Positions 1 through 7,804 of a stretch of DNA of 57,948 bases are shown here, piece after piece. A program made the translations under genes and the position numbers. Each line of letters starts with the position of its first letter. The first letter of the stretch is position 1. Under the pieces are notes generated by a model. That model saw only the letters and a list, made by a program, of their open reading frames with translations, ran no database searches and was not told where the DNA came from. Source of the DNA: an uncultured Desulfohalobiaceae bacterium (lineage in GTDB: Bacteria; Desulfobacterota; Desulfovibrionia; Desulfovibrionales; Desulfothermaceae); NCBI GenBank assembly GCA_964479235.1, contig CAYZLB010000001.1:1-57948 (forward strand). The letters run 5' to 3'.

Positions 1-137
1 TTTCAGTTCTGTACTCTCTGTGGCCTCTGTGGTAAAATATTTGATACATCACCTAATCACAGAGAACAAGGATGCCGGTTAGAGGTCATTTAGGAAGAAC
101 AAATAGATGTCAGAAGCTTAAGAGGAAGGCTTATCAG

Positions 138-344
138 ATGGGTATGCCCAATATCAAACCTCATTGGAGCAAAAGCGTGTTTCGGCGCAACGGGGTCAAG
201 CAAAAGGATTTGGCCCAAAGCATTGGGGCCAATCAAAGCAGCTTGAGCCAGTGGCTGAACGGACGGGTCAGAATGCCGAAGGAGGTGGAAGAAGCCTTGA
301 ACCGCTGGGCCAAAAAGCTGACCTATCTGGAAGGGAAAAAGTGA
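138..344 (+). CDS. Small Cro/XRE-family helix-turn-helix protein, convergent with cas6
   Basis: HTH-like segment KQKDLAQSIGANQSSLSQWLNG; ATG at 138 or 144 after GAGGAAGG. The ORF track start at 72 is probably too long. Confidence 0.7.
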   Translation: MGMPNIKPHWSKSVFRRNGVKQKDLAQSIGANQSSLSQWLNGRVRMPKEVEEALNRWAKKLTYLEGKK

Positions 345-355
345 GGCAGGGATAT

Positions 356-1342
356 CTACAGGAGCATATATGTTCCACACCCATAATGGGTGTAGGCCCC
401 AATGTGCAGGATGGAAGCCAACTGGAGATAGTCTATGATCTGAGGCGGAATGTGCTCAAAGTCTTGAGTACCAGTCCATCCCCCGCCTATGGTCCTCCAT
501 ATCTGGGGGCAGGGGGTACTGTGCATGCTGATGGAGGAGAGATTATCCATGAGCTGGAGTAATGATGATCTGGGCTCTGGATCAATGTGGGCCAAGAGCT
601 GGTCAAAGGTCTGTCCACGCCGCAGGTTCAAGTGGCCGATTCTCCAGACCAGAGCCCCCAGAAGGTCGCTCAGAGAGGGGGGTGGCTCTTCTGCTGTGTT
701 TTCGTCATAGGGGATGAGTGCAGAACAATAACAGGGGACAAGCCATCGCAATTGGAAGAATTGTGGCCTCTCCTCCAGGGTATTACTCAGACCTTTGGCC
801 CATTGACTGGTGGACGGTTGATACCGTAGATCCACTTCCCCATTGCTGACGATGGGGTGCCAGGTATCCCCGTCGGCGATTTTCACCGTATGCAAATCGA
901 AACAGCCCCACAGGTTGTGCCCAAATCGCAGGGACTCATCTGCCGTAAATCCGGCTTCTTCCATGGCAGGCAAAAGCTGGGTCAGAAAAAAGACATGGTC
1001 TGCAGCCTGGGAGAAGAGCTTCAGCTCCCACACAATGTATTCCCCGAAACCATAGCTCCTCTTGCTGGTGTATGGAAGGATAACCGCATCCAGGGGCCAA
1101 TAGCTTCGAGGAAGGATGCATTCCCGGCCAAGAATATGGGCACATGGACCGCTGGATTCAACCCGGCCCAAGCTCTTTTTCCATTTTTTGGCCTCTTGAC
1201 CTGACAGTCTTTTGGCCATCAGGGAGGCCAGGACAAAGGAGAGTTCAGCTGAAAATGCCTCTGGAAGGCGGACCATTGAGCTGTTTACTTGCCAGACAAT
1301 CAGATATCTGAGGAGATTAATTTGTGGTGTTGTAGGAAACAT
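356..1342 (-). CDS. cas6: CRISPR-associated Cas6-family endoribonuclease (RAMP)
   Basis: C-terminal Cas6 glycine-rich loop LHIGAYTHYGCGTY preceded by GGGWTG; 328 aa; last gene of a RAMP operon. Confidence 0.8.
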   Translation of the reverse strand: MFPTTPQINLLRYLIVWQVNSSMVRLPEAFSAELSFVLASLMAKRLSGQEAKKWKKSLGRVESSGPCAHILGRECILPRSYWPLDAVILPYTSKRSYGFGEYIVWELKLFSQAADHVFFLTQLLPAMEEAGFTADESLRFGHNLWGCFDLHTVKIADGDTWHPIVSNGEVDLRYQPSTSQWAKGLSNTLEERPQFFQLRWLVPCYCSALIPYDENTAEEPPPSLSDLLGALVWRIGHLNLRRGQTFDQLLAHIDPEPRSSLLQLMDNLSSISMHSTPCPQIWRTIGGGWTGTQDFEHIPPQIIDYLQLASILHIGAYTHYGCGTYMLL

Positions 1343-2195
1343 AGGGGAGGATTTCGAAAAAATATGTCCTTTGCTCGGATAACCAGTTAACCATATTGAT
1401 GGTGCTTAAGAATTCCTGAACCGAAGTATCTTGAAGGCCCACAAAGCGGTGCCAGTGAAACATTTTCTCTTGAAAAGAGGAGGAGTTGAGGATGTTCAGA
1501 ATATGATCCTGGTCCTGTGGCCCAAAGATATGTTTGAAGGTTTGGGCTGTATCCAAAAGAGCGATAAACTCCTGAATCGGGGCGCTGTTGTCATATCCTT
1601 TCCACATTTTTCGAGAATTCACACTCCAATACATGTTGGGCATAAAGGTGATTGTCAGCTGATCAGGTATTATAGGCAGGCGCTGGCGCATAGCCGTGAT
1701 CAGCACATCATTCATGGTCATCTTAGGGTTGGTGCCAACTGTGGGAAAGATGAGAAAGTGGCCGCTGAGGTCGTATCCATGGGCAAAGACGATCTCCCGA
1801 AGGAAGGTTATAAGCTTGAAGGACTTAATACCTAGTAAGAAGGCATTGTCTTTGAAGAATGCCGGGCCATAAATAAACTTAGCTATTTTCTGATGTGGAT
1901 GCCGGAGGGGGCGGGGAATGCCGCCGCCGGTCTGACCCCACAAAAGGAGAGAGTCCTTGGAAGCTTGGATATAATTCGGGGTCTTGCTCAGAATGAAGGA
2001 ACAGGTCGAACAATATGTTTTCCTGGGCCTTCGAGAATACACACCGCAGCGTATACAGGGACCGCTTAGAGCAGAGTGAGGCCCTGCCACGGGATGGTCC
2101 TTTGTATCCAGGGCCTCATTTTGGATGAATCGCAAGGTGGTCATCAGTTCAGCACCACCCCTGGCCAGACGGACCCAATCAAAGGGCTCCAACAT
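1317..2195 (-). CDS. Putative highly reduced Cas10-like large subunit (Zn finger plus degenerate palm/helical region; no HD, no GGDD)
   Basis: CIRCGVY...YCSTC four-Cys motif of the kind found in Cas10; overlaps both the RAMP gene (17 nt) and cas6 (26 nt). The family call is inferred from context. Confidence 0.55.
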   Translation of the reverse strand: MLEPFDWVRLARGGAELMTTLRFIQNEALDTKDHPVAGPHSALSGPCIRCGVYSRRPRKTYCSTCSFILSKTPNYIQASKDSLLLWGQTGGGIPRPLRHPHQKIAKFIYGPAFFKDNAFLLGIKSFKLITFLREIVFAHGYDLSGHFLIFPTVGTNPKMTMNDVLITAMRQRLPIIPDQLTITFMPNMYWSVNSRKMWKGYDNSAPIQEFIALLDTAQTFKHIFGPQDQDHILNILNSSSFQEKMFHWHRFVGLQDTSVQEFLSTINMVNWLSEQRTYFFEILPYVSYNTTN

Positions 2196-5100
2196 CCAGG
2201 CCCTCGTTCAGTTCCCGAAAATAAACGACGACCTCTGGATTGAGCCATTCCTCCAGGACCAAGGGCTCCTTCCAGGTCTCTTCCGGCTCACCGGAATACC
2301 GGGAAGGGAAGTTTATAAGATAACTTGATTTTGACAGGCTGAGGCGAAGGCTGCCAAAGCCGAGATACTTGGTTTTGCCCATCTTATGGGCCATGGACTC
2401 GGAGAGAACCAGGCACCACAGCAAGCGCTGCAATTCCTCCTGCTCCAGGTTCCAAAAGCGCAGAGTTACAGAGCAGGTGGATCCGGGCAAAGCCGCCCTC
2501 AGGTAGGAGCTTTCGCTGTCATCAGGGGTAAACTCTGGCAATTGCTGGACACATGGGGCCAGGGGACGATGAGGGAAAATCCGCCATTGATCATGGATGC
2601 GCAGAACCTGAGCCTTTTCCTTGACATCTCGACGTACCCAGGACCCATTTACAAAGTGCCAGTGACCGTAAAAACATGGCACTTTGTACCAAGCCAACTG
2701 GACGTGATCAAAGAAACCAAAGCCAAAGGCCAGGCGGGCGGAAATCGCCTGGTTTGGGCCCTGTCCAACCCAACCGAAGAGGCTGTCCACCTTGTTCAGC
2801 TTGGATATGTGCGGGCTGAATGTAGTGCTCTTGGAGGCGATGGTGTACACATGCCGGATGGCCCCTCTGAGCGTCTTGCTGGGAATGGCGTAGCTTTGGC
2901 CTTGCTGTTTATCCTCTTGGGCTGGAGGAGCCATTTTGAAGAAATCCCAGCCATTGACATCAAGGTCGTTGATCTGGGTTCGATAAGAGGGCTCGCCGCT
3001 TTCACAGATGTGCAAAGGCGTGAGCACCTCTCCTGTGAGTACGAGCTTTCCACAGTAGCCGCCAAAGGATCTGTGGGAGATAAAACCTTTCTTACTGTGC
3101 GGAATTGTGGGCGCTTGGGCGGTGCGTGCCTTGGGAGTTAGAGGTGTTTTCGGAATGATAGCCTGATGAGCATCATATCCGTCTATATGCACATGCCGCC
3201 ATATCCCGTCGGGCTGTTCGTAATCTGCGGTATCAAGGTTCATGAGCTGGCCTACAACATCCGGACATTGTTCGGTCCGACGCCAATCAATGCTTTGCAC
3301 CGTTCCGCGACACCAGCCGAAGCTGGAGGTCTTTTCCCCCCCAAAGGGGATATCGCCCTGGTGCAGGTCGTACAGGAGGTGTATGAGGACCTGAAGGGCC
3401 TTGCTGTCCCTATCGGCGATATCCTGGAGCTCGAGCTGGAAATGAAATCCCAGCGTGTCTCCACAGGCATAGAGGAGATCGTTCTTGGCCTGTTCCACGG
3501 GTTGACCCGTCCGGGGGTCCATTCGGGTGCTATCCAACGAGCACATCTTGGGGTCAGGGATGGAAAACAGGGCATCGGAAAAATTGATAATGCCTTTCTT
3601 GCCTTGGACTCCGAAGAGGCGATTGAGCACTGTACTGGTCTCAGCCGACTCGCCCCAAAGGGTCCTTAAGATCTGGGCTGCCCGCTTTCGAAATCCCCCT
3701 TTAATCGTACTTCCCGGGATGTGCGGTTCCCAGACTGCACCATTGGGGGTCCATACCAGCATGCGGGTGAAGACCTTATCGTAGGGTTTTCCATATTTCC
3801 TGGACACGTGTCTGTTGTTTGCCCCTCCAGAGCGAAAGTCGGTGTGTTTGGGTTGTGCCAGTTCAGTCTGAGCTCTCTGTCGGTAGGATTTGAGAAGCTG
3901 GATGTGATTTTTGTCGTTGGCTATGCTCTTGTGCAGGTTGCGGGGATTGGTCAGATGATGAAACTTAACATTGGCATGGCTTTCCTGGAACTCATTCCAG
4001 ACCGACTGGCTGATCCCTTCCGGAGCTTGGTGCGGGTTGTCCCAGTCCTCTTCGCGGATAGCCCCCTGCAGAATCATCTCTTTGATTTTTAAATGAGCCT
4101 GACGGGTTTCGATTTCCTGGTCCACCCAGGCATCGCTTTGCAGGAGATGGATTTGACGCTCCAATTGGTTCTTAAGTGATGTCCGGCAAGGAGCCAGGGC
4201 CTGATCGATCACCTCCTCCAGTTCTGTGTCTTTGGACAAGGCGGCCTGTACTTGGTCTGGGATATCCATGAGTCCCAAAGAGTTGACCAGTTCCTGCCAC
4301 AGGTCCATATCCAGCCTCATTGTCTTGGTGGAATGCTGTTCAAAAGCCTTGAAAATTCGTTTGACCATGTTGGCCTTGGGGACTCGTTCCTGCAGGGCGG
4401 CATAGGCCGCATCCTGGGAGGGGAAGGGAGTTTCTATTACATCCTGGATCTGTTCCACAACCTTTTTGGAGAGTGGATGTTTTCCCTTACCCATCTTGAC
4501 CACAGCATCCCGGGGTAAAACCCACTGCTTGGTTTCCACATCGGATTGAGCCTGAATCCAATGGGCAATGGCTGTGGAGAGATTCTGCTCAAATCTTTGA
4601 ATCCAGGTTTGAACATCTGTTGTCGGTCCGCTCAGCCCCATCTCCAGGCGCTCCTTCAAAGGCTGGGGAAGGATGTACAGGGACTGAATCAAGCTTTTTC
4701 CTTCAATGACTTTTGGGTCTTCAGCGCTTTCTTCAATTTTGCCCCAGGGCCATTGCAAGCAGATGGGATTTTGGGCCGAAAGCCTCACATTGAGCTGTAA
4801 GTGGTTGGCCTCTGAGGCAGTTTCAGGGACCTGCACAGCAGAAAAAGGGAGGTCTATATCCAAAATGCACTGCCCCAATCCCTTGGTTTTCCCTGCTCCA
4901 AACCTGAATCTGCCCTGCCTGAGCTCTTCCAGGAGGTACACAAGCCGCTCCTGCACCCCCTCTTGGTTCAGCTTGCGCTCATCAATGGACAGAACAAAAT
5001 CAAAGGAGGAGTTTTTGTATAAGGTTTCCATTTTGTAATTGGCATTGGACTCGATGGACCAGCGGTCTTCGTCCAATTTGATGCCCATACGAATATCGAA

Positions 5101-5394
5101 GAGTCGATCCTGGGTGTAGAACTCTTGGTCTAAGGCACATTGCAGGGATGATATTAATCCTTGGGGCATCCTTTCTCCGTAAAGGCGCTGCCACAGTTGA
5201 TTGAGCAACCCCGTATTTTTACCGCGCCGGTCAGATCCAAGAAAGGCGTCCATAAGGGATTGAGCCGTGCCTTGAATCTCTCCAGGCAAAGAGACCAGGC
5301 GCTGTTTGCCGTCGCCGTCCCGGGTGAAAAGGGTCTTTCTGGCGTTACCCCGATAGAGCGGGCCTTGGGTTTTAAGTTTTCCGTGCAATTCCAT
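2179..5394 (-). CDS. Multidomain type III CRISPR effector: three fused Cas7 (RAMP) domains plus a helical, Cas11-like insert (Cas7-11-like)
   Basis: Three RAMP G-rich loops (FGAGKTKGLG, FGGEKTSSFG, MGKTKYLGFG); Cas7 motifs IPGSTIKGGFR...LFG...INFSDA, TRMDPRTG, LTPLHI...IPSKTLRGAIR...LFGWVG; about 300-aa helical insert in the second domain. Confidence 0.88.
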   Translation of the reverse strand: MELHGKLKTQGPLYRGNARKTLFTRDGDGKQRLVSLPGEIQGTAQSLMDAFLGSDRRGKNTGLLNQLWQRLYGERMPQGLISSLQCALDQEFYTQDRLFDIRMGIKLDEDRWSIESNANYKMETLYKNSSFDFVLSIDERKLNQEGVQERLVYLLEELRQGRFRFGAGKTKGLGQCILDIDLPFSAVQVPETASEANHLQLNVRLSAQNPICLQWPWGKIEESAEDPKVIEGKSLIQSLYILPQPLKERLEMGLSGPTTDVQTWIQRFEQNLSTAIAHWIQAQSDVETKQWVLPRDAVVKMGKGKHPLSKKVVEQIQDVIETPFPSQDAAYAALQERVPKANMVKRIFKAFEQHSTKTMRLDMDLWQELVNSLGLMDIPDQVQAALSKDTELEEVIDQALAPCRTSLKNQLERQIHLLQSDAWVDQEIETRQAHLKIKEMILQGAIREEDWDNPHQAPEGISQSVWNEFQESHANVKFHHLTNPRNLHKSIANDKNHIQLLKSYRQRAQTELAQPKHTDFRSGGANNRHVSRKYGKPYDKVFTRMLVWTPNGAVWEPHIPGSTIKGGFRKRAAQILRTLWGESAETSTVLNRLFGVQGKKGIINFSDALFSIPDPKMCSLDSTRMDPRTGQPVEQAKNDLLYACGDTLGFHFQLELQDIADRDSKALQVLIHLLYDLHQGDIPFGGEKTSSFGWCRGTVQSIDWRRTEQCPDVVGQLMNLDTADYEQPDGIWRHVHIDGYDAHQAIIPKTPLTPKARTAQAPTIPHSKKGFISHRSFGGYCGKLVLTGEVLTPLHICESGEPSYRTQINDLDVNGWDFFKMAPPAQEDKQQGQSYAIPSKTLRGAIRHVYTIASKSTTFSPHISKLNKVDSLFGWVGQGPNQAISARLAFGFGFFDHVQLAWYKVPCFYGHWHFVNGSWVRRDVKEKAQVLRIHDQWRIFPHRPLAPCVQQLPEFTPDDSESSYLRAALPGSTCSVTLRFWNLEQEELQRLLWCLVLSESMAHKMGKTKYLGFGSLRLSLSKSSYLINFPSRYSGEPEETWKEPLVLEEWLNPEVVVYFRELNEGLDVGAL

Positions 5395-5477
5395 GACGTT
5401 CGCTCCTGAGCAAGAACATTAATGAAGGACAAATGAAGAGCGTGACACCCTTACGGCCGTCGATTATCCAGTTTGGC

Positions 5478-5506
5478 CCCCTAGCACATTGAGGGAGTAA
5501 GGTCAA
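5478..5506 (-). promoter_or_regulatory. Candidate sigma70 promoter of the cas operon
   Basis: Minus strand TTGACC-N17-TAGGGG with TG one base upstream of a weak -10; about 85 nt upstream of the RAMP start codon. Confidence 0.35.
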
Positions 5507-5525
5507 CTCAAGTTTCCCGAAAAAT

Positions 5526-6885
5526 CAGGGCTACTTTGTTCTCCTCCATAACTGATTCAGGTATGGGTTTTTGCTTGTGAGTTCCCAATCATTTTGAGAT
5601 AATCTAGAACTGCCCGTATGTTTTTATTCAGCTGCCACAATTTTTGGGGCCACACTCTGATTTCGTTGGTGCGTTTCATTTCCTCCCCATCCTCAGTGGG
5701 GAGGTCACCTACTCTTTTTGGGTGGAGCACTGCTTGGTCTGATGGCCCACAGCGCTCATGATATGGGCTTGTCTGCCTTGCTCATCAAAGGCGTTCCGCA
5801 TGGTCTTGCCGTCGATAGCCAGGTTTTGATCCCCTTTCCCATAGATCTTATTCCAGTTTTGCAGGGCCCGGTCGGTAGCTGCAGGATCAACACGGATCAA
5901 AACATTGCGAATGACATACTCACTGGGGACAACGTAGCGACCATTCTCCAAGCGACAGCCAAATCGCTGTCGCGCTGTTTGACTCAGGCTTTGGGCCCAG
6001 TGAGCAATAGCCCGATATCCATTCATGCCGCACAAGATAGCCGCGGTAGCAAGGGCCAGGATATTGGGAAGTCTGTGACGCCGTCCGTGGGTGCGGCGGG
6101 GATCTGGAACATCAAGAAAAAAACTGGGCAAAGAGCGAATCTGTTCAGCACTGAGCATCATTTTCGAGCCTCCTGTCCGATAGGGTGGTGGGACATGAGC
6201 CCGGGACAACAACGTCTGAGCATTGGCCTGCAATGGCTTTAGAAAAACCATCTTTGGATACTGAGCCTTGGCAGAGTACCCCTGCCTTGTTCTTTGATAC
6301 CCCTTGGTATCGCCTGTATAGAGCCAGTTTGCTGCCTTATACAGCGTTCCTTGAAAGTAGCGAGGATCTACAAAGGTCTCCAGCAACAGGAGAGAGTGAC
6401 CAAACATCCTCTGCCAATCATAGGGCAGTCTCTTCTGGCATAAAGAGAGAATACGCGAAGCCAGATTGGGTACATGCGATTTGGGCAGAATGAGAAATCG
6501 GCTGTTGTTGGTGAGTAGCTTGAGTCGAGCAAACTGGAGGCGAGAACTCCAACCGATCCAACGATCCCGAGCCGTGCATTTCCATGCCGGGGCTGAAAAA
6601 CTCACCAATGCGATCCATTGCTGGTTCAACGTGGCGACATACCAGAGAGTTTCCCCAATCTTGCCAAGAGCCCCCAAATAATGATGGGCTTGCATCAACT
6701 CCTGGTAACGTTGCTCTTCGGACGAGCAAACGGGTCTGACAAGAACTTCTTTGAGATTCAACGTTGTTGCCTCCGGGATAAACTGAGAAACAGACCCGTT
6801 TGTACTTGTTTTTAGGGTTTTTGTCCAAAGTTGCCAGGAACTATCTGACAAGATAGATTTAGTACATGAGAACAAAGTAGTCCTG
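5526..6885 (-). mobile_element. ISAs1-family insertion sequence, internally deleted (1360 bp)
   Basis: 18-bp terminal inverted repeats CAGGGCTACTTTGTTCTC (5526-5543) and GAGAACAAAGTAGTCCTG (6868-6885), 17/18 identical; encloses the transposase ORF; no clean target-site duplication. Confidence 0.9.
5556..6875 (-). pseudogene. DUF4338 (DruA-like) domain fused to an ISAs1 transposase; frameshifted, DDE core deleted
   Basis: ORF 5709-6875 has HHYLG, NNSRFLILP, LLETFVDP (DUF4338), then VPDPRRTHGRRHRL and LAIDGKTMR (ISAs1). The -1 frame continues VGDLP...KRTNEI and then jumps straight to a terminal-looking QLNKNIRAVLDYLKM*. Confidence 0.8.
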
Positions 6886-6891
6886 CCGACC

Positions 6892-7644
6892 TCAAGCCGG
6901 CCGCCCCCTTACTGGGTTGCTCAGTCGCCCGATGCCCTCAATCTCCACACAGACCTCATTTCCGGGCTGCACAGGACCGACTCCGGGAGGGGTTCCGGTC
7001 AATATAACATCTCCCGGGTGCAGGGTCATGATCTTTGAGATAAAACTGACCAAGTCCATAGGGGACGCGATCATATCCGATGTTCGACCGGATTGGACCA
7101 CCTCCTCGTCGACAGTGGTTTTTATCCCCACATCCTGAAGGGCTTCAATCCCGGTCTGAATCACCGGTCCCAAGGGGCAGAATGTATCAAACCCCTTGGC
7201 CCGGGCATACAGCCCGTCTTTGGTCTGCAGGTCTCTGGCTGTGACGTCGTTGGCACAGGTATAACCCAGAACAAAACCCTTTGCCCCGGACTCGGATGCA
7301 TCCCGACACAGCCGGCCCATGACCACAGCCAATTCTCCCTCATAGTGGACCTGCGAAGATTGGGCAGGCAGATAGATGGGCTGACCGGGACCAATAACCG
7401 CAGAACCGGGCTTGAGGAACAAGAGGGGTTCGTCTGGAACCTCCTTATTCATCTCCCGGGCATGGGCATAGTAGTTGAGTCCCACACAGACGATCTTTCC
7501 CGGATTCAGCAGGGGTAGGGGTTGCACCTCTTGGGCCGTGACCTGGGCCACCTTTCGCAATTCCCAATCCAACAGCAATATCCGCTCACCATCTCCATCG
7601 GCCCAATAGGACCGGCCTTGATATCCTACTCGAGTAATTCGCAT
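6892..7644 (-). CDS. Fumarylacetoacetate hydrolase family protein
   Basis: KIVCVGLNYYAH, HYEGEL, ANDVTARD, AKGFDTFCPLGP, GDVILTGTP motifs. Confidence 0.93.
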   Translation of the reverse strand: MRITRVGYQGRSYWADGDGERILLLDWELRKVAQVTAQEVQPLPLLNPGKIVCVGLNYYAHAREMNKEVPDEPLLFLKPGSAVIGPGQPIYLPAQSSQVHYEGELAVVMGRLCRDASESGAKGFVLGYTCANDVTARDLQTKDGLYARAKGFDTFCPLGPVIQTGIEALQDVGIKTTVDEEVVQSGRTSDMIASPMDLVSFISKIMTLHPGDVILTGTPPGVGPVQPGNEVCVEIEGIGRLSNPVRGRPA

Positions 7645-7804
7645 AGTCTCCCCTCGTCATGCAGATGCATTATGCTTTGTTTCGACCAAAACCTCTTGAC
7701 CATTCCAGCACAAACGGAACTTCAGGCAACCGGCCGCATAATGGAACGGCCCAAGAAATTAAGGCGCTCCTCTCAATTGCCTGGCGGATCACATTGCCAT
7801 GTAT

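Noticed and set aside
8..32. Short CTCTGTG-type repeats at the window start, and heptamer traces near 24170-24200
   Set aside because: Only two to four degenerate units each, too little to call as features.
2179..5394. Canonical type III-E Cas7-11 (gRAMP/Craspase)
   Set aside because: It is too short, has three rather than four Cas7 domains, has no TPR-CHAT/Csx30/Csx31 neighbours, and comes with separate Cas6 and Cas10-like genes.
6150..6780. Druantia anti-phage system, suggested by the DruA-like DUF4338 domain
   Set aside because: The domain is fused to an ISAs1 transposase inside IS ends, and no DruE helicase or other dru gene is present.
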